Assembly (NCBI GenBank): GCA_947504705.1
Contig: CANNIA010000002.1
Coordinates: 49,867-113,866, forward strand
Length of the DNA: 64,000 nt
Origin: Paracoccaceae bacterium
GTDB taxonomy: Bacteria > Pseudomonadota > Alphaproteobacteria > Rhodobacterales > Rhodobacteraceae
Direction of reading: 5' to 3'
The position numbers and the translations under genes were made by a program. Shown piece by piece: positions 1 to 10,173 of the stretch (within the stretch, counting starts at the first letter, position 1; every line of letters begins with the position of its first letter). Below the pieces are notes generated by a model. It made no database searches and was not told the origin of the DNA. It saw only the letters and a list, made by a program, of their open reading frames with translations.

Positions 1-613
1 CCACGATCACCTGCGGATCGACCAGCGCGATGTGGCGTTCGACAAAGGGTAGCATCATCGCGATTTCGCCCGGTTCCGGGTCGCGGTTGCCGGGGGGCCG
101 CCAAGGCAGGACGTTGGCGATGTAAAGCGCGGTCGCGGCGTCGGGGCTGGTGCGCGACAGGCCAATGGCCGCGAACATCAGGTCCAGAAGTTGACCGGCG
201 CGACCGACGAAGGGGCGGCCTTCGCGGTCCTCACCTGCGCCGGGAGCCTCACCCAGGATCAGGACACGGGCCTTCGGGTTGCCGTCGGCAAAGACCGTGT
301 TCCGCGCGCCCTTTTTCAACTCACATAGGTCAAACCCCGCAATCGCAGCGCGCAGATCGTCCAGCGTCTGCGCCTGCGCTGCGGCAGCCCGGGCCGTCGC
401 GACCGGATCAGCCCCGGCCATGGGTTCTGCCGCTACGGGATTGGCGGCAGGCCTTGCGGCAACCGGCTTCGGGGCCTCGGCGGCCAACTCATAGCGGTTG
501 ACGGGAGCGTCGCCGATGGCCTCATCCGCCCCAGCCTCGACCTGCCAAGCAAGGGCGGCAAGGGCTGCATCCCAGTCCTCGGCAATATCGAAAGCTTGAT
601 CGGCGATTCCCAT
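1..613 (-). CDS. uracil-DNA glycosylase, family 4 (partial; 3' end lies beyond the window start)
   Basis: Reverse-strand translation from ATG at 613 reads [10 protein letters not shown]...[46 protein letters not shown]...[19 protein letters not shown]. This matches the family-4 UDG motifs GEAPG, PFVGxAG and NxLPWRPPxNRxP. The ORF runs off the window, so it is absent from the ORF track. Confidence 0.8.
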   Translation of the reverse strand, partial: MGIADQAFDIAEDWDAALAALAWQVEAGADEAIGDAPVNRYELAAEAPKPVAARPAANPVAAEPMAGADPVATARAAAAQAQTLDDLRAAIAGFDLCELKKGARNTVFADGNPKARVLILGEAPGAGEDREGRPFVGRAGQLLDLMFAAIGLSRTSPDAATALYIANVLPWRPPGNRDPEPGEIAMMLPFVERHIALVDPQVIV

Positions 614-663
614 GGCCCAAGACTAGGCGCGCCAAGGCCCGGTCACAACCCGCACGGCAAAGG

Positions 664-1461
664 TCACGGGGCCGGGCAGCCCCGAATCTCGACCGCCTTT
701 CCGGCGGCAAAGATCGTCAACGTCACAGTTGAGCGGTCCAATGCGAAAGGCGCGCCTTCGGGCGGGACAAGTTCGGTCATCGACACCAGTTCCCCCGCCT
801 GCCGTTCCGTGGTCGCGGCGGCCACCCAGACCGCCGGATCAGTGGTTTCAAACGCCACCACCTCTTCCGCACCGGGATCACGCAGTCGCATCCGGGCCGT
901 CAACCGCAAGCCATCGGCAATCGGCTCGACCGTGCAACCCAAGCCGGACAACCCCGCCTCTACCGCCGTCGAAGCCCGGTCGGCGAGTGCCGCCTTGATA
1001 TGCTTTTCCGGCGTCCCGTCGACGGAAAGCTCGGCGGAAAGCTCGACATGGGCGGGCATGCAGATTTCATCGCAGACCCCAAGATCGACCGAAACCGCCA
1101 GTTTGACCGGCAGGCCTGGATCAATCGGCGTGACCTCCAGCGGCAGCAGGACCTGATCATGATAGCCGATCGTCGTCATGCCCGCGGTTTCAAACACCGT
1201 TGGAACTGGCCAGTGAACATGAACCGATTTGACATTTTCGGACATCGACCAGTCAAAACTGGGCGGAATCCCTGCATCCCCAGGGCTGCGCCAATAGGTT
1301 TTCCAACCAGGAGCCAAATTCAGCGCCAGCCCCGCCATCCGCGTGCCACCATCGGTCGTCCAACCCGGAACAAGGCCAGCGGCCAGCACATCATCCTGCG
1401 TCGTGGCCATAGCCGGGCCAGCCAGCAGCGAAAGAACAAGAAGGGTGCGGATCATCATCAT
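664..1461 (-). CDS. periplasmic DsbD N-terminal-domain-like thiol:disulfide interchange protein
   Basis: Part of track ORF 664..1680. The internal start MMMIRTLLVLSLLAGPAMA is a signal peptide. The motif WKTYWRSPGDAGIPPSFDW is typical of the DsbD alpha domain. Same strand as, and directly upstream of, the UDG gene. Confidence 0.5.
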   Translation of the reverse strand: MMMIRTLLVLSLLAGPAMATTQDDVLAAGLVPGWTTDGGTRMAGLALNLAPGWKTYWRSPGDAGIPPSFDWSMSENVKSVHVHWPVPTVFETAGMTTIGYHDQVLLPLEVTPIDPGLPVKLAVSVDLGVCDEICMPAHVELSAELSVDGTPEKHIKAALADRASTAVEAGLSGLGCTVEPIADGLRLTARMRLRDPGAEEVVAFETTDPAVWVAAATTERQAGELVSMTELVPPEGAPFALDRSTVTLTIFAAGKAVEIRGCPAP

Positions 1462-1593
1462 GCCGACAGAATAGGAACTGCCGGGCCAATTGGAAATCAC
1501 TTTGCGACGACCAGTCGTGATCACCCGTCGAAAGCGCTTGAGGCCGCCTTGGCCCGGGATCATGCTGACGACAGAAACAGGGGACCCGAGTCG

Positions 1594-2148
1594 ATGGAGC
1601 TTGCAGGGCAGATCCTGATTGCAATGCCGGGCATGGCGGACCCCCGTTTTGACCGCTCTGTGATCCTGATCTGCGCCCATTCGGGCGAAGGCGCGATGGG
1701 CCTGATCGTCAACAAGCCGGCCGAAGACCTGACGTTCCCCGATCTGCTACAGAAGCTGGCGATCCACCGCGCGCGCGAAGGCCGCGATATCCGGGTGCAT
1801 ATGGGCGGTCCGGTCGACCGGGGGCGCGGCTTTGTCCTGCACAGTTCCGACTGGCAGGCGGGCAAGGCGACGCTGAAGGTGCCCGGCGGCTATGGCATGA
1901 CGGCAACGCTTGATATCCTTGAGGCCCTGGCCAAAGGCGGCGGCCCCGAACGCGCGTTTCTCGCTTTGGGCTATTCGGGCTGGGGTCCCGGCCAGATTGA
2001 ATCGGAAATCGCCCGCAACGACTGGCTGACCGCCGCCGTGCCCGAAGGTCTGGTCTTCGGGGCCGAGGATCGGTCGAAATGGGGCGACGCGTTGAAGGCA
2101 ATGGGCATCGACCCGCTGTCACTAAGCGCCGCTGCGGGACGGGCCTAG
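1594..2148 (+). CDS. YqgE/AlgH family protein (UPF0301)
   Basis: Internal start MELAGQILIAMPGMADPRFDRSVILICAHSGEGAMGLIVNKP within ORF 1000..2148. This N-terminus is characteristic of the family. The upstream part of the long ORF overlaps the DsbD-like gene on the opposite strand. Confidence 0.8.
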   Translation: MELAGQILIAMPGMADPRFDRSVILICAHSGEGAMGLIVNKPAEDLTFPDLLQKLAIHRAREGRDIRVHMGGPVDRGRGFVLHSSDWQAGKATLKVPGGYGMTATLDILEALAKGGGPERAFLALGYSGWGPGQIESEIARNDWLTAAVPEGLVFGAEDRSKWGDALKAMGIDPLSLSAAAGRA

Positions 2149-2799
2149 ATGCCAGACATGTCCGACAGAATGTCCAAAGATGCACTGATCGTCGAACCCG
2201 ATGAACGCATCTCGCCCAGCTTCGAATTCTTCCGTGGCCGGGGAGACACCAAAAGGCCGGGTCTGCTGTTCTTTTTCCACTATTACCATACGAACCATAA
2301 AGGCGCCCTCCGTGCCGGTGCGGCCCGGTGGATCAAGCACGGCTACGATCTGGTGCAAGTCCTGTGCCCGACCAATGACAGTTATCTGTCCATCACGGAC
2401 GACGAAATTGCTACGGCAAAGGAATTTGCAGACCGTCGCGGCTACCGCACCCGGTTTACCACCGGAGCGTCGATGGGTGGCTTCGGGGCAATCCTCATGT
2501 CCGAACAACTGGACGCAACGCGGGTACTTTCTCTCGCCCCCCGCTGGGTCAAGCTCGACGACAAGGGCCGTGGCATCGGAACCGCCGGAGCAGCCGATCT
2601 GGAGGCCCTTGCCAAACGGGGTGGGCGGTCGCTTGGCCGGACCGGTCCCAAGACCGAGGTCATTCTTTTTTTGACCCCCACGAAGCCACAGATGCCAGTG
2701 TTGCGGCCTATCTTCGGCGCACCCTGCCGAAAGGCCGGTTGCGTATGCTTCCAATTCGCAATGTCGGTCACGACCCCGGCAGAGTGTTGGTTGAGCTAA
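2149..2799 (+). CDS. hypothetical protein, alpha/beta-hydrolase-like (GASMGG nucleophile-elbow motif); low-GC islet gene 1
   Basis: ORF 2149..2799 begins immediately after the yqgE stop. Local GC is about 55%, against about 66% in the flanks. A G-x-S-x-G motif (TGASMGGFG) is present. No confident family assignment. Confidence 0.4.
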   Translation: MPDMSDRMSKDALIVEPDERISPSFEFFRGRGDTKRPGLLFFFHYYHTNHKGALRAGAARWIKHGYDLVQVLCPTNDSYLSITDDEIATAKEFADRRGYRTRFTTGASMGGFGAILMSEQLDATRVLSLAPRWVKLDDKGRGIGTAGAADLEALAKRGGRSLGRTGPKTEVILFLTPTKPQMPVLRPIFGAPCRKAGCVCFQFAMSVTTPAECWLS

Positions 2800-3686
2800 A
2801 CCTGCACCCGGCCGAAACATCGAACCTGCTTCAGACTGGGGATCTCCCTTCTTTCCGAAAGATGATCGTGCGTACGAAAAGCAAATCCATGATGTTGGGG
2901 CTTGCGCGTCGCCTAGCGGAGAAAGGGCGTCTGTTGGCCGCTGGGCAAGTCTACGACCGCCCAATCTGCCATAGAATGCTGGATAGCAACACCCACATAC
3001 AAGATCGTTTTGCCGTCCTCTCTCTGCTGGATCGCAACGATGAGTTGGCACAGGTTCTCAACTCTGTCAGTAGTGCGCAGATAAACAAGATTATCAATTT
3101 TTCCGGCAGCAACTTCATCGTTGAAGCGGCAATTAAACTGCTTCCGGACAATGTACTTTTAGGTGCTATCGACAGCTGGCGGGGCGACAAGCAGATTGAT
3201 CATTGGCGATCCCTGAGGTTCGGTGAGTTTGCAAAAAACTTTGGCAAATGGGCAATCGCCAAGGCCTTTCTACAAGGCCATTTCCACCCAGGGACCAATC
3301 CCCAAAAGCTATCAGCAATCCTTTGTGCCGAAATGAGCTTAGAACTCCACCAGCCCAAAGACGCCTTCGCAGGGCTAAACGATTGGCTTGCGACGCAGTC
3401 TGGCGAAGATCTGGGCTGGCCAGTCATGCGCGTCCTTGGGGCGACCCAAAAGATGTTAGCTGAGGCCGACGAAACGCATCTTGCACTCGAAGCAGCCGGG
3501 CTATTTCTAAAATACCGCGATGATGGCTGGATGAAGTATCATCGGGCATCCTTGCTGGTGCAGCTTGGCCACAAGGCACATGCCCGGCAGGCCATTGATG
3601 CGGCACGCCGGTGCCTTCCTGATGATCCGGCGCTTCGGGACGCCACGGAATCGCTCCTTGCAGCCCTGAATCAGGCGCCAATGTGA
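2739..3686 (+). CDS. hypothetical helical-repeat (TPR-like) protein; low-GC islet gene 2 (alternative ATG start at 2862)
   Basis: ORF 2739..3686, about 48-50% GC. The C-terminal region has TPR-like helices (AAGLFLKYRDDGWMKYHRASLLVQLGHKAHARQAIDAARRCL). The start is uncertain: 2739 overlaps the previous ORF by 60 nt, and 2862 (MIVRTKSK) is an alternative. Confidence 0.4.
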   Translation: MRMLPIRNVGHDPGRVLVELNLHPAETSNLLQTGDLPSFRKMIVRTKSKSMMLGLARRLAEKGRLLAAGQVYDRPICHRMLDSNTHIQDRFAVLSLLDRNDELAQVLNSVSSAQINKIINFSGSNFIVEAAIKLLPDNVLLGAIDSWRGDKQIDHWRSLRFGEFAKNFGKWAIAKAFLQGHFHPGTNPQKLSAILCAEMSLELHQPKDAFAGLNDWLATQSGEDLGWPVMRVLGATQKMLAEADETHLALEAAGLFLKYRDDGWMKYHRASLLVQLGHKAHARQAIDAARRCLPDDPALRDATESLLAALNQAPM

Positions 3687-3711
3687 CCCTAGGGCGTGAC
3701 AAGACCCCGGA

Positions 3712-4446
3712 CTATCGTCCTGCCAAGCTGCCTTGGCCCAGCCCCGCCCAACGGCAATGCTCGGCGCAGACCGTCTTGCCCCGCGCAATGGCGGCGGCCA
3801 CAATCACTGGCACACGCGGATCAAGTCCGACCGGGGGCAATATGCGACCCGGAAAGCCCGCCTGTCCCAAGGCCTGCGGCAGGTCGTCCGTCACATGCCC
3901 GCCCTCGGCCGCAAAGAATGGCAGGCAGACCGCATCCGGGCCAAAGCCCGATAGGCTGGACAACTGCGGCACCTGATCGATGAACCCGACGGCCACCCGT
4001 GTGACTACAGCCTCCTGCGCGATCCGCCCGGCAACGTGATGCGCAATGTCGGACGGCACCAAGGACCGCGACGATCCATGCGCAGCCAGCACCAGTTCGG
4101 GTGCCGCCGCCTCCCGGGCCAAACCCACACACAAGTCATGCACCGCTGGATCACAGCCAAACGGCTCCAGCACCTGCCAGCCGCTTGCCCCGACCTCGGC
4201 CAGCTTTGCCGGGATCAGCACGCGGGTAAACCAGCCTCCCGCCATGAACATCGGAAAGACCAAGCCGGACGCCCGCCCCGCCATCGCCCGCGCCAGGGCC
4301 CCCGGTTCGGCAAGCGTCGCCGAAGTCACCGGATGCCCCGGCATCAGCGCCGCGACCCTTGCCGCAAAATCTGCAAGCGCCGCAGTTGCCGGGTGCGTGT
4401 CAGAGGGTTGGCCATGGGCCAGGATCAGGACGGGTTCACCTATCAT
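3712..4446 (-). CDS. cbiX: CbiX/SirB-type sirohydrochlorin chelatase
   Basis: ORF 3712..4446: MIGEPVLILAHGQPSD...LVLAAHGSSRS... The duplicated AHG(S) motifs are typical of CbiX. Confidence 0.65.
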   Translation of the reverse strand: MIGEPVLILAHGQPSDTHPATAALADFAARVAALMPGHPVTSATLAEPGALARAMAGRASGLVFPMFMAGGWFTRVLIPAKLAEVGASGWQVLEPFGCDPAVHDLCVGLAREAAAPELVLAAHGSSRSLVPSDIAHHVAGRIAQEAVVTRVAVGFIDQVPQLSSLSGFGPDAVCLPFFAAEGGHVTDDLPQALGQAGFPGRILPPVGLDPRVPVIVAAAIARGKTVCAEHCRWAGLGQGSLAGR

Positions 4447-4547
4447 GCCGGAAAGGTGACGCGCTGGGCCCTGTGGTCAAGCCCAGATCGGCCCCCGCCC
4501 GGAAAAACCGCTTTTCTTCCGGATTTTCCCCCGTATAGTCCGGCCCC

Positions 4548-4646
4548 ATGACCAAGGGATCTCATATCATCTTTGCATCCGGGGCTTTCTGCTCTGTGCT
4601 GCCCCCCGCGCCTCCCCGCGGGCTGCTTCTTCTTAGCCGCCTCTGA
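4548..4646 (+). CDS. putative leuA leader peptide (MTKGSHIIFASGAFCSVLPPAPPRGLLLLSRL)
   Basis: A 32-codon ORF lies 90 nt upstream of leuA. It has four consecutive Leu codons (CTG CTT CTT CTT, 4623-4634) near its end. Its stop overlaps a 10-bp inverted repeat (CCTCTGAGCG ... CGCTCAGAGG, 4640-4675). No Shine-Dalgarno is seen upstream. Confidence 0.35.
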   Translation: MTKGSHIIFASGAFCSVLPPAPPRGLLLLSRL

Positions 4647-4737
4647 GCGTGCCCTAGGGCGCGACCGCTCAGAGGTGACCAGCGCCCCCGCAAAGCCAAA
4701 CGGGCACACGCCAAGCTAAGAAATCAGGACATATCAC

Positions 4738-6309
4738 ATGACCAAGACATCCCAAGACAAAGTCGTCATTTTCGACACCACCCTGCGCGACGGCGAGCAA
4801 TCGCCCGGTGCCACGATGACCCACGAGGAAAAGCTGGAAATCGCCGGCCTGCTGGACGAGATGGGCGTCGACATCATCGAGGCCGGTTTCCCCATCGCCA
4901 GCGAAGGCGACTTTGCCGCCGTCAGCGAGATTTCTAAACGCGCGAAGACCTCCACGATCTGCGGCCTTGCCCGGGCGAACTTCAAGGACATCGACCGCTG
5001 CTGGGAGGCGGTGAAGCACGCCAAATCCCCGCGCATTCACACCTTCATCGGCACCTCGCCCCTGCACCGGGCGATTCCCAATCTGGACATGGACCAGATG
5101 GCCGAGCGGATCCACGACACCGTGACCCACGCCCGCAACCTCTGCGACAACGTCCAGTGGTCGCCGATGGACGCGACGCGGACCGAACATGACTACCTCT
5201 GCCGCGTGGTCGAAATCGCGATCAAGGCCGGGGCGACGACGATCAACATCCCCGACACCGTCGGCTACACCTACCCGATGGAGTCGGCGAAGATCATTCA
5301 TATGCTGCTGGAGCGTGTTCCGGGCGCTGACACGATCATCTTTGCCACCCACTGCCACAACGACCTCGGCATGGCGACGGCCAATGCCCTTGCGGCGGTC
5401 GAGGCGGGGGCCCGCCAGATCGAATGCACGATCAATGGCCTCGGCGAACGCGCCGGGAATACGGCGCTGGAAGAGGTCGTGATGGCGATGCGGGTCAGGA
5501 ATGACATCCTGCCGTTCCGCACGGGCATCGACACGACCAAGATCATGAACCTTTCCCGCCGTGTCAGTCAGGTTTCCGGTTTCCCGGTCCAGTTCAACAA
5601 AGCCATCGTCGGCAAGAACGCCTTCCTGCATGAAAGCGGGATCCATCAGGATGGGGTGTTGAAGAACGTCCAGACCTTCGAGATCATGCGGCCCGAAGAC
5701 ATCGGTCTGAACCAGAAGAACCTGACGATGGGCAAGCATTCGGGGCGGGCGGCGCTGCGGGCCAAGCTGAAGGACCTGGGCTTCGAGCTGGCCGACAACC
5801 AGCTGAACGACGTTTTCGTCCGCTTCAAGGCGCTGGCTGACCGCAAGAAGGAAGTCTACGACGACGACCTGATCGCTCTGGTGTCGGATGAGCAGACCAA
5901 CGATGCCTACGAATACCTGCAGCTCAAGAAACTGCGGGTGATCTGCGGGACCGATGGGCCGCAAGAGGCGGACATGATCCTGTCGATCGACGGGACCGAC
6001 CACCATATCGACGCGACGGGTGACGGGCCGGTGGATGCGGCGTTCAACTGCGTGAAGATGCTTTTCCCCCACAAGGCGCGGCTGGAGGTTTATCAGGTCC
6101 ATGCGGTGACCGAGGGAACCGATGCTCAGGCGACGGTATCGGTCCGGCTGCAAGAGGATGGGCGGATCGTGACGGGGTCTTCGGCCGATACCGACACCAT
6201 CGTCGCCTCGACACGGGCCTATATCAACGCGCTGAACCGCCTCATCATCCGGCGGCAAAAGACGGCCCCGGGTGAGGATGTGAAGACCGTCTCCTATCAC
6301 GGCGAGTGA
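4738..6309 (+). CDS. leuA: 2-isopropylmalate synthase
   Basis: ORF 4738..6309: [55 protein letters not shown]..., with full length and a LeuA-type C-terminal regulatory domain. Confidence 0.95.
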   Translation: MTKTSQDKVVIFDTTLRDGEQSPGATMTHEEKLEIAGLLDEMGVDIIEAGFPIASEGDFAAVSEISKRAKTSTICGLARANFKDIDRCWEAVKHAKSPRIHTFIGTSPLHRAIPNLDMDQMAERIHDTVTHARNLCDNVQWSPMDATRTEHDYLCRVVEIAIKAGATTINIPDTVGYTYPMESAKIIHMLLERVPGADTIIFATHCHNDLGMATANALAAVEAGARQIECTINGLGERAGNTALEEVVMAMRVRNDILPFRTGIDTTKIMNLSRRVSQVSGFPVQFNKAIVGKNAFLHESGIHQDGVLKNVQTFEIMRPEDIGLNQKNLTMGKHSGRAALRAKLKDLGFELADNQLNDVFVRFKALADRKKEVYDDDLIALVSDEQTNDAYEYLQLKKLRVICGTDGPQEADMILSIDGTDHHIDATGDGPVDAAFNCVKMLFPHKARLEVYQVHAVTEGTDAQATVSVRLQEDGRIVTGSSADTDTIVASTRAYINALNRLIIRRQKTAPGEDVKTVSYHGE

Positions 6310-6317
6310 AGGCAAGG

Positions 6318-6344
6318 CCCCGCTGTCCACGCAGGACAGCGGGG
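6318..6344. terminator. hairpin between convergent leuA and the hypothetical gene (11-bp perfect stem CCCCGCTGTCC/GGACAGCGGGG, 5-nt loop), no U-tract
   Basis: Inverted repeat read directly, 9 nt after the leuA stop. Confidence 0.4.
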
Positions 6345-6403
6345 CGCGCATCAGTGAAATCAAAGGGCTAGGCGTGGGCGTTTACCGGGGGTTAACCCTG
6401 AGC

Positions 6404-7150
6404 TTAAAGCCCGCCGAACCAGCCCCGCACGGCCGCCGTATGGGCGACAAGGGCGGGGGTCTTTGACCATTGTGCCAAAAGCTCGGCCCAAGTCAGCGCG
6501 ACAAAGGTCACATCGGCCCCCTTCACGGCGCGGGCAAAGTCGGCGATCTCGGCCCGGTGGCGCTTGATCGCGGCAGGGTCTACGGGTTTGCCACTGGCCC
6601 AGACCTGCGGCTCGGCATGCAGATAGACCAGCACCGCCCCCCGTGCGCGTTTCAGGCTTTGGGTGCGCAAGGCGTAGGCCTGTTTCACAAGCGTCACGGC
6701 GTCAAGCTGTCGGTAGGTCTGACTGCCCGTCACCAGCGCCTGCCGCATCCTGCCATAGCCGGCCATGCCGGGGCCCCAGTCGCGGCTGTCGAAGGGTTCG
6801 GTGAACTGGGTCACCTTGCGCGGGCGGAACGGTTGGTACCGGGTCGAGACCACCCCGACCAGCGTCGTGGGCGTCGTCACCACCGCGTCAAGCTTTGGGT
6901 GGCGGACACCGCGCAGCGGCAGTTGCATTTCGACCGCAAGCTCCACCACCTCAGGCAGGCCCATCGGCACGCCGGGCAGCGGCTGCAAAAGGCGGGGGCG
7001 ATCAAGGAACCAGCCGAATGTATTGGCGACCAGAGCCGCCGAGGAATCGGGGCTGTCAAGGTCAAGCCCCGGCAGGCGTTGAAGGGCGGCAAGCACGGCT
7101 TCAGCCGGAACGCCGGGAAGGAAAGAGGTCATCTGCCGAGTGTCCGTCAT
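6404..7150 (-). CDS. hypothetical protein (conserved-looking, no family recognised)
   Basis: Part of track ORF 6404..7444. Internal ATG at 7150 (MTDTRQMTSFLPGVPAEAVLAALQRL...) is preceded by a GGAG Shine-Dalgarno. Upstream of 7150 the track ORF overlaps spurious frames. Confidence 0.5.
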   Translation of the reverse strand: MTDTRQMTSFLPGVPAEAVLAALQRLPGLDLDSPDSSAALVANTFGWFLDRPRLLQPLPGVPMGLPEVVELAVEMQLPLRGVRHPKLDAVVTTPTTLVGVVSTRYQPFRPRKVTQFTEPFDSRDWGPGMAGYGRMRQALVTGSQTYRQLDAVTLVKQAYALRTQSLKRARGAVLVYLHAEPQVWASGKPVDPAAIKRHRAEIADFARAVKGADVTFVALTWAELLAQWSKTPALVAHTAAVRGWFGGL

Positions 7151-7535
7151 AAGGGGAGGCTCCAGTCCGCCAGACAGTCGGCGGGTGAAGCAGGGATGAT
7201 CCACCGCAGCCTCTACCCCCTTGCCTATCCAGCGTCCATTTGCTTTTCCACACCGGTTACGGCAGATGCAGGACCGGCCAAGGCCTGCGATCCACGCATC
7301 AAGCTGCGCCGAGTTGATGGCACACAGACGGCCGCAAGTGCCGCCCCGTTCTCGACCGATCCGGGCAATGTTGTTTTGCTTCAATCGCTCACCGAAAAAA
7401 CCCCCAATATCCCCTTGAAATGTAGATATTGTGCAAGCAAGCAAGGACTAGGCGACATAGCGCCCGAATTGGCCTTTGCCCTTTCTTCCGGCACGGCAGA
7501 CCCGTATATGAAAGCCTCAGCCCCGGGCCCCCTGA

Positions 7536-8612
<1,077 letters not shown>

Positions 8613-8651
8613 GGTTCGTGGTGCCAGCGCGGTGAAGGAAGGCTGAGCCCC

Positions 8652-9641
8652 GTGGCCAGAAAACACACGTCCCCTGAAGAATTCTCGCGCCCGCTTCGGC
8701 GGCTGTTGGTCAGCCTTGCGGTGCTGCTGCTTTTGGGCCTGTTCCTCTTGTGGCGGATCGACAGCCCCCGTGTCGAGCGATTCCGGGCGGCCATGGTCGA
8801 TGCGGTGGTGCCGAACCTTGACTGGGCGCTGCGCCCGGTCACGCTGGCCACCGGCATGGTCGAGGATTTCCAGTCCTATACCCGGATCTATGAACAGAAC
8901 CAGGAGCTGAAGCGCGAGTTGCAGCAGATGAAGGCCTGGAAAGAGGCAGCTCTTCAGCTGGAGCAGAAGAATGCGCGGCTGTTGGATCTGAACAACGTGC
9001 GGCTTGACCCCAAGCTGACCCATGTGACGGGCGTGGTGATGGCCGATAGCGGCAGCCCGTTCCGTCAGTCGGTGCTGTTGAACGTGGGCGCGCGCGACGG
9101 GATCCGCGACGGCTGGGCGACGATGGACGGGATCGGCTTTGTCGGCCGAATTGCCGGGGTGGGGGAAAGATCAAGCCGGGTGATTCTGGTCACCGATTCC
9201 AACAGCCGGATTCCGGTGACGATCCAGCCTTCGGGCCAGCAGGCGATTCTGTCGGGGGACAATAGCTCGGCACCGCCGCTGGATTTCATCGAGGATACCG
9301 ATGCTGTCCAGCCCGGTGACCGGGTGGTGACCTCGGGGGATGACGGCGTCTTGCCGGCGGGGCTGTTGGTCGGTCAGGTCGTGCTGACGGCGGACAAGCG
9401 GCTGCGGGTCATTCTGGCGGCGGACTATCAGCGTCTGGAATTCCTGCGGGTCTTGCGCAGTCACACGCTTACGCCGATCACCGACCCCGGTGCACTGGTG
9501 GCCCCGCCGATATCGCGCCCCGATGGCTCGGCTGCCACGGCGGAAGAAGAGGCAGGCAGCCAACCCGCAGCCACCGAGGGTGGCAATGTCGACGCCGTTG
9601 GTTCCGGGGCACAGGAAGGCGCGGGGGGCACCGATGGGTGA
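8652..9641 (+). CDS. mreC: rod shape-determining protein MreC
   Basis: ORF 8652..9641 has an N-terminal TM, a coiled-coil (ELKRELQQMKAWKEAALQLEQKNARL) and a beta-rich C-terminus. Position after mreB is as expected. Confidence 0.9.
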   Translation: MARKHTSPEEFSRPLRRLLVSLAVLLLLGLFLLWRIDSPRVERFRAAMVDAVVPNLDWALRPVTLATGMVEDFQSYTRIYEQNQELKRELQQMKAWKEAALQLEQKNARLLDLNNVRLDPKLTHVTGVVMADSGSPFRQSVLLNVGARDGIRDGWATMDGIGFVGRIAGVGERSSRVILVTDSNSRIPVTIQPSGQQAILSGDNSSAPPLDFIEDTDAVQPGDRVVTSGDDGVLPAGLLVGQVVLTADKRLRVILAADYQRLEFLRVLRSHTLTPITDPGALVAPPISRPDGSAATAEEEAGSQPAATEGGNVDAVGSGAQEGAGGTDG

Positions 9642-10173
9642 CTTCTGGCGTCAGGCCCATTGGTTCTACCGAGCGCTGTTTCTGGGCCTCGCACTTTTGT
9701 TTCTGTTCGTTCGCCTCTTGCCCCTTGGCAGTGAGCCCGGCGCGTTGCCCGGCCCGGATCTGATACTTTGCGTGATCATGGCCTGGATCATCCGGCGCCC
9801 GGATTATCTGCCGATGCCGCTGATCCTGATCGTTCTGCTTGCCGAAGATCTGATCCTGATGCGGCCCCCGGGCCTTTGGACCGCGATTGTCATTCTTACG
9901 ACCGAATTCCTGCGCGGACGCATGATCCTGACGCGCGAGTTAAGCTTTGCCGTCGAATGGGCACTGGTTACAGGGCTAATGGTGCTGTCGATGCTGGTCT
10001 ATCGACTGGTTCTTGGCATCACGATGGTGCCCCAGCCGCCCTTTGGCTTTGCCGCCGTACAGCTTCTTTGGTCCATCGCCTGCTATCCGCTTGTGGTCGG
10101 GGCGTCGCGGTTGATCATCGATCTGCGCAAACCGGCGACGGGCGAGGTCGACGATTATGGGAGGCGCTTGTGA
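9634..10173 (+). CDS. mreD: rod shape-determining protein MreD
   Basis: MGDFWRQAHWFYRALFLGLALLFLFVRLLPLG... is a polytopic membrane protein. Its ATG at 9634 overlaps the mreC stop (ATGGGTGA). Confidence 0.85.
   Translation: MGDFWRQAHWFYRALFLGLALLFLFVRLLPLGSEPGALPGPDLILCVIMAWIIRRPDYLPMPLILIVLLAEDLILMRPPGLWTAIVILTTEFLRGRMILTRELSFAVEWALVTGLMVLSMLVYRLVLGITMVPQPPFGFAAVQLLWSIACYPLVVGASRLIIDLRKPATGEVDDYGRRL

Noticed and set aside
596-1156. Plus-strand ORFs 596..1156 and 729..998
   Set aside because: They overlap the UDG start and the DsbD-like gene on the opposite strand. The Pro/Ser/Ala-rich translations are typical of antisense frames.
4640-4675. Leader stem-loop as a classical rho-independent attenuator terminator
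   Set aside because: The 10-bp stem is perfect, but it is followed by TGACCAGCGCCCCC with no U-tract. I report it as a candidate attenuator structure but do not call it an intrinsic terminator.
4669-6363. 564-aa minus-strand ORF
   Set aside because: It lies entirely antisense to leuA and its Arg/His/Gly-rich translation has no recognisable domain. This is a GC artefact.
6404-7150. PD-(D/E)XK nuclease assignment for the hypothetical protein
   Set aside because: Candidate acidic and lysine residues are present (VEMQLP, KLDAV), but their order and spacing do not fit the D...(D/E)xK core. The gene is left unassigned.
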